DNA of 59,943 nucleotides from Myxococcales bacterium. Lineage in GTDB: Bacteria > Myxococcota > UBA727 > JABDBI01. The number at the start of each line of letters is the position of its first letter. The first letter of the stretch is position 1. The translations under genes and the position numbers were made by a program. Of the stretch, positions 18,677 through 27,271 are shown in pieces. The notes below the pieces were generated by a model. It worked only from the letters and a program-made list of their open reading frames with translations. It made no database searches and had not been told where the DNA came from. The stretch covers positions 1 through 59,943 of the forward strand of contig CANFCB010000003.1 of NCBI GenBank assembly GCA_947445025.1. The letters run 5' to 3'.

Positions 18677-19226
18677 GTGATATCTGCTCCAAAGATTCCA
18701 GCACTTCTTTCATAGGTAAGCCAATCACATTGGTAAAACTTCCCTCGATGATATCAATAAAAGCTGAGGCAGCTCCTTGAATGGCATAGCCCCCCGCCTT
18801 ATCATAAGGCTCTTGGGTGGCAATATAGCTTTCGATTTCACGCTCTTTTAGAATTCTAAAAAAAACCTCGGTCACAACGACGCGGCTAAGCTGCCGAGCT
18901 CCTTTTAAAAACGTATAGCCGGTTAACACTTGGTGATTTTTACCAGACAGCTTGCTTAAAAATTGTTTCGCCTCAGTCCGGTCTAGAGGTTTACCTAGAA
19001 TTTGATTTTGACAAACCACGATGGTGTCAGCAGCGAGCACAATTAAATCGGGATGGGCCGACACAGCTTGTGCTTTTTGCCTCGACAACCTTAAAACCAG
19101 ATCCCGGGGAGCCTCACCTGCAAGTGGCATTTCGTCAATTTCTGGCGATACAATTTTTAAGACAAATCCCAAACCTTCTAACAGCATTTTGCGGCGGGGA
19201 GAACTTGAGGCTAACAGAAGATTCAT
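18669..19226 (-). CDS. maf: Maf-like nucleoside triphosphate pyrophosphatase
   Basis: LLASSSPRRKMLLEGLG, AADTIV, KAGGYAIQG motifs. Its stop overlaps the yggS start by 8 nt. Confidence 0.85.
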   Translation of the reverse strand: MNLLLASSSPRRKMLLEGLGFVLKIVSPEIDEMPLAGEAPRDLVLRLSRQKAQAVSAHPDLIVLAADTIVVCQNQILGKPLDRTEAKQFLSKLSGKNHQVLTGYTFLKGARQLSRVVVTEVFFRILKEREIESYIATQEPYDKAGGYAIQGAASAFIDIIEGSFTNVIGLPMKEVLESLEQISHD

Positions 19227-19249
19227 CAGTAAATTCCCAGCTTAAAAAA

Positions 19250-19924
19250 TTAATTCCAGCGATCCCTATGAGAAGTAAAAGTCATTTTTTGCATGTATTT
19301 TTTTAAACGATTAGGACGCCACCAGCCCATTGTCAAAACAGCTCCCACTGCCATTCCGCCAAAATGTGCGGCACTGGAAACGTGTGAGATACTCAGCGCA
19401 TATAAAATTTCAAGCCCCAATGTCCAAAAAACCAGAGCGAGGCCAGAGATGGGTATCATGCCAAACACATAGATAATTCCTTCTCGGTGTGAAAGCCCCC
19501 AGGCCACAATTAATCCTAAACACACAGCGGAAAAACCAATCACAGGTTGATCAGACAGGCCCAGCCAAAAGCTCAAAGAAACAAAAATAGCGCCACCTAA
19601 AATTGCGGCCAGGGTAAAAAATACAAACCGCTTGCCTCCCCAACGTATTTCGAGTTCTGGCCCAATGAAAAAGAACAGTAGACAATTAAAGACCAAATGC
19701 ATTGGATTGGAAACCTCATGCAAAAAAGCATAAGTGAAAAGTTGCCATACGTATCCATCTTGGAAAACTTGGGTTGGGTTTAACTCGCACAAATAGAAAA
19801 ATTCTGCGCCCCAATTGAGCCGCACTGACAATTCAAACAATATATAAATTAGCACTAACGCAATCAAAAGAGCTTTAACCACTGGCGCTCGCGCTAAGGC
19901 ATGGCTGGAAAATGGATGTCGCAT
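19250..19924 (-). CDS. Rhomboid-family intramembrane serine protease
   Basis: FLHEVSNPMHLVFNCLLFFFIG, GFSAV (GxSx catalytic Ser) and AHFGGMAVG (catalytic His), within about 6 TM helices. Confidence 0.8.
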   Translation of the reverse strand: MRHPFSSHALARAPVVKALLIALVLIYILFELSVRLNWGAEFFYLCELNPTQVFQDGYVWQLFTYAFLHEVSNPMHLVFNCLLFFFIGPELEIRWGGKRFVFFTLAAILGGAIFVSLSFWLGLSDQPVIGFSAVCLGLIVAWGLSHREGIIYVFGMIPISGLALVFWTLGLEILYALSISHVSSAAHFGGMAVGAVLTMGWWRPNRLKKYMQKMTFTSHRDRWN

Positions 19925-20001
19925 ATTTATTTAGTCCCCATTGTCAAAAATAATGTTCTGGTTAGCTTGTCCTTTTTTATCTGAACAAAAGGATTATATC
20001 C

Positions 20002-20487
20002 ATGGGCAATTTTCCCATGACGCCTGCTGGCTTTAAAGCTTTGCATGACGAATTGAAACATTTAAAAACAAAAATACGTCCGGCCGTGATCCGCGACATC
20101 GCCGAGGCACGTAGTCATGGCGACTTATCCGAAAACGCCGAATACGATGCAGCGAGAGAAAAGCAAGCATTTGTCGAAGCGCGCGTTCGCGATATTGAAG
20201 GCAAATTAGCCAGAGCACAAGTTATAGACACCACGCAACTAAAGCCCGACAAAGTGGTTTTTGGGGCCACGGTCAAGATCTATGAAGTGGACAGTGCGAC
20301 TGAACAGACTTGGACCATTGTTGGAGAAGATGAAGCGGACTTAAAAAACAATAAAGTAAGCGTTGGCTCTCCTTTGGCTCGCGCCTTGGTCGGTAGAAGC
20401 GTGGGCGACGAGCTAGAAATTAGAACACCCAAAGGTGTACGCGCCTGCGAAATCATTAGTATTAGCTTTGTAAGCGTCGAAATTTAG
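20002..20487 (+). CDS. greA: Transcription elongation factor GreA
   Basis: [24 protein letters not shown] coiled-coil motif and a C-terminal FKBP-like domain. 161 aa. The start could be the Met 5 codons downstream. Confidence 0.9.
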   Translation: MGNFPMTPAGFKALHDELKHLKTKIRPAVIRDIAEARSHGDLSENAEYDAAREKQAFVEARVRDIEGKLARAQVIDTTQLKPDKVVFGATVKIYEVDSATEQTWTIVGEDEADLKNNKVSVGSPLARALVGRSVGDELEIRTPKGVRACEIISISFVSVEI

Positions 20488-20556
20488 GCAGCCCATTTGC
20501 ATTTGGGCAAAAGTTTTTGCTATACTCTAAAGAGACTTAACTGATTTGGAGCAAGC

Positions 20557-21177
20557 GTGAAAACTTGTCCTATTTGCAAGACTGCTTATGAAGATGATAC
20601 CCTGGAAAAGTGCGCCAATGAGGGCGCAGCTTTAGAAACAAGCGACAAGCCTACCCCAAAACCAATACTGCCTGAAGTTGACAGCGCCACTGCTGATGCG
20701 GTTACTTCTGATATTGATGTCGGCCAAGTTAAAAACGAACAGAAAAAACCAGCAACGGCAACAGAGCCAGCACCGGCAATAGTAACAGCACCGCTGCCTG
20801 TCCAAAAACCTGCCGAAAAAGCTTTCACTACTCAAAACATGAAAAAACCACTTAAAAATAGCCTAAAAAACAGATGGGCTATTGCCTTTATTGTCCTTAT
20901 TGTGCTGGCAGCATGCGCCGTTGCTTTTTACTTTTGGTTTTATAAAGGCAATTTGGTCGAGGTTAATTTGCACTCTGTTCCGCCAGGAGCAGAAGTCACG
21001 CTCGACGGCAAAAAGATAGGAACCACTCCGCTGATTGTCCGCATTAAAAAAGGAACACATCAAGTTGTCTTTGAGCAAATGGACTATCAGCCCGTGAAAG
21101 AGATTTTAACTGTTACTGAAGATGGGCATGTGCTCGTTAAAAAAATGGTTCTAACTGTGAATCCAAGCCCGCAATAG
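20557..21177 (+). CDS. Membrane-anchored PEGA-domain protein with N-terminal zinc-ribbon-like motif
   Basis: GTG start with a GGAG SD. CPICKTAYEDDTLEKC, a Pro/Ala/Thr-rich linker, TM helix WAIAFIVLIVLAACAVAFYFWF, and a C-terminal PEGA pattern VPPGAEVTLDGKKIGTTPL. Confidence 0.6.
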   Translation: MKTCPICKTAYEDDTLEKCANEGAALETSDKPTPKPILPEVDSATADAVTSDIDVGQVKNEQKKPATATEPAPAIVTAPLPVQKPAEKAFTTQNMKKPLKNSLKNRWAIAFIVLIVLAACAVAFYFWFYKGNLVEVNLHSVPPGAEVTLDGKKIGTTPLIVRIKKGTHQVVFEQMDYQPVKEILTVTEDGHVLVKKMVLTVNPSPQ

Positions 21178-21261
21178 AGCTGCAAAAACTATCGCCAACA
21201 AGAGCAGTTTCACCGCACCACGACCCCTTGATTTACCCAGAATCAAGTGCATTGTGTTGCG

Positions 21262-22242
21262 ATGAATAAAAATCTTAAACTAAAATGCCTGTCCTTTTCA
21301 AGCTTTGTCCTACTTTCGTTCGGCCAGCTACATGCTCAGGCCTTAACAGCTAGAGAAGAGCAAGATTTAATGCATACAATTGAGCACTCAACATTTAAAG
21401 AAGTCACATTAGAAATCAAAAAACATACTAATGAGCCAAAAGCTTTCATAAAGACCTTTAGAGCAAGTTATGGCTATACGCTATTAGAGGCGGCTGCTTC
21501 TAGCGGTAAATCTGACATAGTTAGGCTGTTGCTTCAAATGGGCGCAAAACCGACTATTTTATCTTTAAGACTTGCTATCGATTTTATGAACGTTGAAGCA
21601 GTTAAACTGCTGCTAGTATACGGAGCAGATCCGAATGCTATACAGCTTGATTGGCAAGGCAATGAAATTACTTGGAAATTACTGCATCTTATTGCAAATC
21701 GCGATTTTGAGTATCAGTATGTTCTGAAGATTATCGCGATACTTTTGCAATTCGGCGCAGATCCCATGGCAGTGGACGCTAGCGGTAATACAGCTTTGGG
21801 CATTGCCCGTCAGCCTGGCAACAAAGACGTGATTGCTATATTGGAGAAGGCAATGAAAGAAGCCATCTTAAAGCAAATTGCCACGGATAATCAGCTGGCA
21901 GTCATACTGCAAAATCAAAAAATCCTCGACCTGCTTGTAAAAGATCTGGTGTTCACACGTCTGCTGCACCTTCAGCTAAATCCCATGTCTCCTATAAACG
22001 GCTTATCTATGGATGGATTGGGCAAAAAACTGGATCAACAACGTAGGGAACGTGAAGAACGTAAAGAACCTAAAGAACGTAAAGAAAGCGAGAATGACAA
22101 TAAAAAATCTGATCCAAACAGTAGATTTGCGAAAATAGCAAAAGTGCTTTTGGGCGAATCGTTGTTGCTCTGGATAGTTGATTTGATTAATACCCATTGG
22201 GTTGCCACAAAACCGTTGGATAACCAAAGCAAGGCAGATTAA
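21262..22242 (+). CDS. Secreted ankyrin-repeat protein
   Basis: Signal peptide MNKNLKLKCLSFSSFVLLSFGQLHAQA. ANK consensus segments (GYTLLEAAASSGKSDIVRLLLQMGAKP; VEAVKLLLVYGADPNA; GNTALGIARQPGNKDVIAILEKA). Charged tail RREREERKEPKERKE. The ORF track starts at a GTG (21247) 5 codons upstream. Confidence 0.7.
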   Translation: MNKNLKLKCLSFSSFVLLSFGQLHAQALTAREEQDLMHTIEHSTFKEVTLEIKKHTNEPKAFIKTFRASYGYTLLEAAASSGKSDIVRLLLQMGAKPTILSLRLAIDFMNVEAVKLLLVYGADPNAIQLDWQGNEITWKLLHLIANRDFEYQYVLKIIAILLQFGADPMAVDASGNTALGIARQPGNKDVIAILEKAMKEAILKQIATDNQLAVILQNQKILDLLVKDLVFTRLLHLQLNPMSPINGLSMDGLGKKLDQQRREREERKEPKERKESENDNKKSDPNSRFAKIAKVLLGESLLLWIVDLINTHWVATKPLDNQSKAD

Positions 22243-23212
22243 TAGACTCTCGCTCCCAAGCTGAGCGAATAATCTTTTCAATAAGCGTCTGATAAGGCAG
22301 CCCAGCCAAATCACAGAGCACAGGCAAATCCGAATAGTTGGGCCGCAAACCTGCCAGTGGGTTTATTTCTATAACACTAGGCACTCCTGCTGCATCTAAG
22401 CGCATATCGACACGACCAGCATCCCGACAGCCCAATGCGCGCCAAGCCCGCAAAGCAACGCTACTGACCTCTTCTGCTAAGGCATCGCAGGTAACATGAT
22501 ATTGGGGCGCAAACGACCAACTTTGTTTACTATCAAATCCGTAAATATCCCCAGATGCTTTAGTAAATTGAATTTCCATGACACCAATGGCATAGGCTTT
22601 GGCACCAGTGCCGATAATGCCCACGGTAAATTCTCGCCCCGGCAAGTATTCTTCCACCAATACCGGCTCCGAATATTCTGCAAGCAAACGCTCACAAATT
22701 AACGAAAGCTCGACCCCGTTACCGACTTTACAAGAAGGCAAAATTCCTTTGCTGGTTCCTTGCGCGATTGGCTTCGCAAAAAGCGGATAATGCAGCGAAA
22801 TATTCTGAAGATCGGCAAGCGTCTCCACAACCATAAACGGAGCGGAGGCAATGTTAAACGTCGACAAAACCCGTTTGGTCATGCCCTTATGCAACGCCAA
22901 CGAAAGCGTCAGCGGATCAGAAAAGGTATAGGGAATCTGATATGCGTCCAACAAAGCAGGGATTTGCGCTTCCCTGCCAAATCCATACATGCCTTCCGCG
23001 ATATTAAAAACTAAATCAAAACGCTCCCCTGAGGCCAACTTAGCCACTAAATTTTTAATATGACCAATATGAATTACTTGCGCATCCAGTTTAAATAAAG
23101 CCGCCTCAATGGCGTCAATAGTTTCCTTGGATTCAAATTCTGCTAGAGCAGCAAGGGAAAATCCTTGTTGCAAATAATCTTCTTTTAAATCGTAAGTCAT
23201 GCCAATTTTCAT
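22187..23212 (-). CDS. D-alanine--D-alanine ligase family ATP-grasp protein (substrate uncertain)
   Basis: ATP-grasp pattern (PLFAKPIAQGTSKGI, VLVEEYLPGREFTVGIIG, EINPLAGL). 341 aa. The start is coupled to the upstream oxidoreductase stop. Confidence 0.7.
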   Translation of the reverse strand: MKIGMTYDLKEDYLQQGFSLAALAEFESKETIDAIEAALFKLDAQVIHIGHIKNLVAKLASGERFDLVFNIAEGMYGFGREAQIPALLDAYQIPYTFSDPLTLSLALHKGMTKRVLSTFNIASAPFMVVETLADLQNISLHYPLFAKPIAQGTSKGILPSCKVGNGVELSLICERLLAEYSEPVLVEEYLPGREFTVGIIGTGAKAYAIGVMEIQFTKASGDIYGFDSKQSWSFAPQYHVTCDALAEEVSSVALRAWRALGCRDAGRVDMRLDAAGVPSVIEINPLAGLRPNYSDLPVLCDLAGLPYQTLIEKIIRSAWERESINLPCFGYPTVLWQPNGY

Positions 23213-25452
23213 ATATGTAAACTCACCACCACCGATTTATAAACCGGCGTGTTGCTTTTATCTGCAGTATTTTCAATGGAAACCAGCACATTGGTTTCAG
23301 GAAAATAAGCAGCCAAACATCGACGAGGAATATCGTAAGGCACAATACTAAATTGCTGCGCCCTTCTGCTTTGATTTTGAAAATGACTCACAATATCAAC
23401 CTTGCTTCCTGCTGGGAAAGATGCTTGTATCATATCTTGCCGGTTCATAAAAAGTACACGCCGGCTACCTTTAATTCCGCGATAGCGATCTTCCATGCCA
23501 TAAATAGTGGTATTGAATTGGTCATGGCTACGAATGGTCATCAACCAGTAAAAGCCCTCGGGCAAATCCCATTTTTCAATAGCATGGGTTTTAAAATTAG
23601 CCTTTTGATTATGGGTAGGAAACTGCAAACTATCGCGCACAGGATTTGGCAAATAAAAACCGCCTGACTGTTTCGCGCGCGCTGTATAATCATCAAATCC
23701 AGGAATCACACGTGAAATACGTAAGCGAATCGAATCGTAATTATCGATAAAGCCTTGCCATTCCACAGTGTCACCCAACACTGCTTGGGCAATTCCCGAC
23801 ACAATGGCGACTTCACTTTTTAAATCCCCAGAAGCAGGTTTTAGTTTTCCTATCGACGCCTGCACCACGCCCATGGAATTTTCTACTGTCACAAACTGAG
23901 GACCGCTTTTTTGCATATCGGTTTCAGTGCGACCCAAACAAGGCAAAATCAATGCGGTTTGCCCCGTCACTAGATGGCCTCGATTCAGCTTGGTCGACAC
24001 TTGAACTGTCAGTGCACAATTAGAAAGTGCCTGGGCCACATAAGTTGTATCAGGAGTTGCCGCAAAGAAATTTCCACCCAGGGCAAAAAATACTTTTACT
24101 TTTTTTTCATGCATCGCCTTGATAGATGCAACCGTGTCTAAGCCATGTTCACTAGGTGGATTAAATTGAAATTCTTGTCCCAGCTTATCTAAAAACCAGG
24201 CAGGCATTTTCTCACCAATACCCATGGTCCGATCACCTTGCACATTGCTGTGACCTCGCACCGGACAAACACCGGCACCCATTCTGCCCAAGTGACCACC
24301 CAACAGCAAAAGATTAACCGCTTGCTGAATCGTCGCCACGCCATTTTTATGCTGCGTGAGTCCCATGGCCCAACAGACAATCATTTGTTTGGATTTTCCT
24401 ACTAGGTTCGCCAATTGGGAAATTTGATCACGATCAACGCCGCTGACGTTTTCAATTAATTCCCAAGAGGTTTGTCGTAAATCTTTGGTGAAATCATCAA
24501 AGCCAGCGGTGTACTTAGCAATAAAGTCATGGTCGAAAACGCTGCCAGGAAGTTTATCTTCCAAAGCCAATAATTCCTTCATCAACCCTTTTAAAAGCGC
24601 CAAATCTCCATTGATACGAGGCTGAATCCATAAAGAAGCAAGTGGCGTGCCCTTGCCAAACCAGTCCCACATTTCCTGCGGATGCTTGAAGTGATCAATG
24701 CCCGCTTCTTTAAGCGGATTAATACTCACAATGCTGGCACCATTCCTCGCCGCACGCTGCAAAGCCGTTAACATGCGTGGATGATTCGTCCCCGGGTTTT
24801 GACCGATCACTAAAATACAATCTGCATGATCAAAGTCGGCAAGTTTAACGGTCCCCTTACCCACCCCAATACTTTCATGCAAAGCCACGCCGCTTGATTC
24901 GTGACACATGTTGGAACAATCGGGCAGATTATTGGTACCGAAAAGCCGCACCAAAAGCTGGTACAAAAATGCCGCCTCGTTACTGGTTCTCCCCGATGTG
25001 TAAAAAGTCGCTTCATGAGGAGACGCCAACGCTTTTAAATGCTCAGCAATCAGCTGGTAAGCATCAGCCCAAACAATTGGTTGGTAAAATCGCTGACCTA
25101 GATACTTTACCATCGGATGCGTTAAACGACCTTGCTGTGACAAATAAAAATCAGATTCTTGCAAAAGATCATCAAGGGAATTTTTGGCAAAAAAATCAGG
25201 GTCAATTCTTTTTAAAGTTGCTTCTTCGGCAATCGCTTTAGCACCATTTTCACAAAACTCTGCAAAAGAACGATCACCATCTGGTTCAGGCCATGCGCAA
25301 CCTGGGCAATCAAATCCACCGGCCTGATTCATGCGCAGCAACGTCTTGGTTCCACGCACTAAATCCATCTGCGCTAAAATATGTTTCATGGAGGAGGTAA
25401 CAGCTGGAAACCCTCCTGCTTGTTTTTTTTGGGGAAGTACTGCTAAAGACAT
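23209..25452 (-). CDS. FdhF/YdeP-family molybdopterin oxidoreductase
   Basis: N-terminal GGFDCPGCAWPEP cluster motif typical of YdeP-type enzymes, then molybdopterin-domain blocks. I chose the ATG at 25452 (MSLAVLPQKKQAGG...). It sits 1 nt after the fdhD stop and matches the E. coli YdeP N-terminal length as I recall it. The ORF track extends to 25509. Confidence 0.85.
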   Translation of the reverse strand: MSLAVLPQKKQAGGFPAVTSSMKHILAQMDLVRGTKTLLRMNQAGGFDCPGCAWPEPDGDRSFAEFCENGAKAIAEEATLKRIDPDFFAKNSLDDLLQESDFYLSQQGRLTHPMVKYLGQRFYQPIVWADAYQLIAEHLKALASPHEATFYTSGRTSNEAAFLYQLLVRLFGTNNLPDCSNMCHESSGVALHESIGVGKGTVKLADFDHADCILVIGQNPGTNHPRMLTALQRAARNGASIVSINPLKEAGIDHFKHPQEMWDWFGKGTPLASLWIQPRINGDLALLKGLMKELLALEDKLPGSVFDHDFIAKYTAGFDDFTKDLRQTSWELIENVSGVDRDQISQLANLVGKSKQMIVCWAMGLTQHKNGVATIQQAVNLLLLGGHLGRMGAGVCPVRGHSNVQGDRTMGIGEKMPAWFLDKLGQEFQFNPPSEHGLDTVASIKAMHEKKVKVFFALGGNFFAATPDTTYVAQALSNCALTVQVSTKLNRGHLVTGQTALILPCLGRTETDMQKSGPQFVTVENSMGVVQASIGKLKPASGDLKSEVAIVSGIAQAVLGDTVEWQGFIDNYDSIRLRISRVIPGFDDYTARAKQSGGFYLPNPVRDSLQFPTHNQKANFKTHAIEKWDLPEGFYWLMTIRSHDQFNTTIYGMEDRYRGIKGSRRVLFMNRQDMIQASFPAGSKVDIVSHFQNQSRRAQQFSIVPYDIPRRCLAAYFPETNVLVSIENTADKSNTPVYKSVVVSLHI

Positions 25453-25453
25453 A

Positions 25454-26338
25454 TCAATTGATGATGGTTTCATGCTCAAAGTTTTCCTGCAAAATCCGTC
25501 GTGACCCATGATAGATATTCATGCGTTCATCGCGCAAAAATCCTATCAACGTCATATCTTGATCACGTGCAAGTTCAACCGCTAAGCTCGATGGTGCCCC
25601 CACAGCCACAAACATTTGAATAGCAGCCATGTGGGCTTTTTGAATTAATTCAAAACTAGCGCGACCACTCACCATTAAAATATGCTGTTCCAGCGGTAAC
25701 AAATTATTTTTAAGCGCATAGCCAATCACTTTATCTAGAGCATTGTGACGACCCACATCTTCTCGTAAAAACAACAACTGGCCCTGCGGGGAAAACAATG
25801 CAGAAGCATGCAAGCCGCCTGTTGAGGCAAATATTTTTTGGCTATCTTGCAACATCACTGGCAATCGATAAATAAGAGCTTGAGCCACAGCTAACTTTGC
25901 ATTTACCGACGCAACAATTTTTCTTTGAACTTTTAAAGCCGCTATCGATGTTTTTCCACATACTCCACAGCTAGAGCTGGTATAAAAATGACGCTGCAGG
26001 CGCTGCATACCGATGCGCACACTATCTTCCAACTCAACTCGTATCACATTTTGGAAACCCAAAGCTTGTTTGGCTCCACAGGCTTTAACATCGCGCACTT
26101 GGCCTAAATTATCAATGATGGCTTCTGTAAATAAAAATCCTAAGGCCAACTCGTCGTCATGCCCGGGCGTGCGCATGGTGATGGAGATGGATTTCGTGTG
26201 CCGAACTTTTTGATCATCGGTATAGCCTATACGAATTTCTAAAGGCTCTTCTAAAGCAAGCGAGTCCGCCTGCAGTTTTTGCTCATCAGCCACACAGCGC
26301 GTTATGGAAACCTCGACCGAACTGACACTATCCATCAA
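25454..26338 (-). CDS. fdhD: Formate dehydrogenase accessory sulfurtransferase FdhD
   Basis: SSCGVCGK active-site motif and GGLHASALF. 294 aa. Lies immediately upstream of the molybdoenzyme. Confidence 0.85.
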   Translation of the reverse strand: MMDSVSSVEVSITRCVADEQKLQADSLALEEPLEIRIGYTDDQKVRHTKSISITMRTPGHDDELALGFLFTEAIIDNLGQVRDVKACGAKQALGFQNVIRVELEDSVRIGMQRLQRHFYTSSSCGVCGKTSIAALKVQRKIVASVNAKLAVAQALIYRLPVMLQDSQKIFASTGGLHASALFSPQGQLLFLREDVGRHNALDKVIGYALKNNLLPLEQHILMVSGRASFELIQKAHMAAIQMFVAVGAPSSLAVELARDQDMTLIGFLRDERMNIYHGSRRILQENFEHETIIN

Positions 26339-26849
26339 TTATCTTCAATATTTCTTGCAGTTTTTTCTGAGCCGACAACAAAGGCATGCTGAGTAAGCGA
26401 CTAATATCTGGGTCTAAGTCTCTGTCATTGGAAACGCTGGGTGGCTCTGGGTTATTTTCGCACTCGCTAATCTCCTCAATGTTCATGGTATCCACGCACT
26501 TAATTTCAGCAACCATCTGAATTTCTTCTATCTCAGCATCGTTGATATCATCGTCATCAACATGGACGCTCACCCAATTATTAAGACGCAACGCTTGTCT
26601 GGCGCCCGCAATGGTAAATCTTTCTTCATAAAGTAACTTTTGAATTTTCAGCAACGCTTCGACGTCACATCGTCGATATAAACGCTGACCTGTTTTCGAT
26701 TTATAAGGTCTAATCTGCGGAAATTCTGTTTCCCAATACCTGAGAACATGTGGTTTAACGCCAAGCAATGCCGACGTCTCGCCAATTTTAAAATATTTTT
26801 TGGCTGGCAATGCCACAGATCTAGTTTCCCTTACCCCTTCTTGTACCAT
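26328..26849 (-). CDS. MerR-family transcriptional regulator with acidic C-terminal tail
   Basis: HTH segment [25 protein letters not shown] and [10 protein letters not shown]. Follows ihfA, as in many proteobacterial pheST-ihfA clusters. Confidence 0.8.
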   Translation of the reverse strand: MVQEGVRETRSVALPAKKYFKIGETSALLGVKPHVLRYWETEFPQIRPYKSKTGQRLYRRCDVEALLKIQKLLYEERFTIAGARQALRLNNWVSVHVDDDDINDAEIEEIQMVAEIKCVDTMNIEEISECENNPEPPSVSNDRDLDPDISRLLSMPLLSAQKKLQEILKIIDG

Positions 26850-26879
26850 ATTTCACATCCTTATCGTTTGCCTAAATTC

Positions 26880-27188
26880 CTATTCAAGCAAAACACTGCG
26901 AAGAATTTTGCTAGGCCTAAAAGATAAAACACGCCGTGCAGCAATTTCCATTTCTTGACCAGTCTGAGGGTTTCGGCCCCTTCTTGATCGCTTGCTTTTC
27001 ACTTCAAATTTACCAAAACCAGAGAGTTTAACCGACTCGCCTTTTTCTAAAGTTCGTTTTAAAATTTCAAATATTTTCTCAACGATTTCGGTCGAATCTT
27101 TTTTGGAAAAGCCTATTTTTCGATGCACGCTTTCCACAATCTCGGCCTTGGTTAGTGTTCGGCCTTGATCCTCAATTTGCTCTGCCAC
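26880..27188 (-). CDS. ihfA: Integration host factor subunit alpha
   Basis: LTKAEIVESV..., GFGKFEVKSKRSRRGRNPQTGQEMEIAARRVLSFRPS (HU/IHF fold). GTG start with a GGAGG SD. Located directly after pheT. Confidence 0.85.
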   Translation of the reverse strand: MAEQIEDQGRTLTKAEIVESVHRKIGFSKKDSTEIVEKIFEILKRTLEKGESVKLSGFGKFEVKSKRSRRGRNPQTGQEMEIAARRVLSFRPSKILRSVLLE

Positions 27189-27271
27189 GCTTCCTCCCTT
27201 TAAGGTCCTCTCTTATAAGGAGAACCTAAAGCCTTGGAAAAGTCAAATCTCTAAACGATATATTTTGCGAT

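Noticed and set aside
23209-25509. Selenocysteine-containing formate dehydrogenase (FdhF) with a recoded TGA.
   Set aside because: The ORF is uninterrupted with no in-frame TGA. The N-terminal GGFDCPGCAWPEP motif matches the YdeP-type subfamily rather than bona fide FdhF. The longer start at 25509 was also rejected in favour of 25452.
26328-26849. The MerR regulator as part of a mercury or heavy-metal resistance locus.
   Set aside because: No mer or efflux genes are nearby. The C-terminal region is acidic and lacks the metal-binding Cys triad. The position after ihfA is a common housekeeping arrangement.
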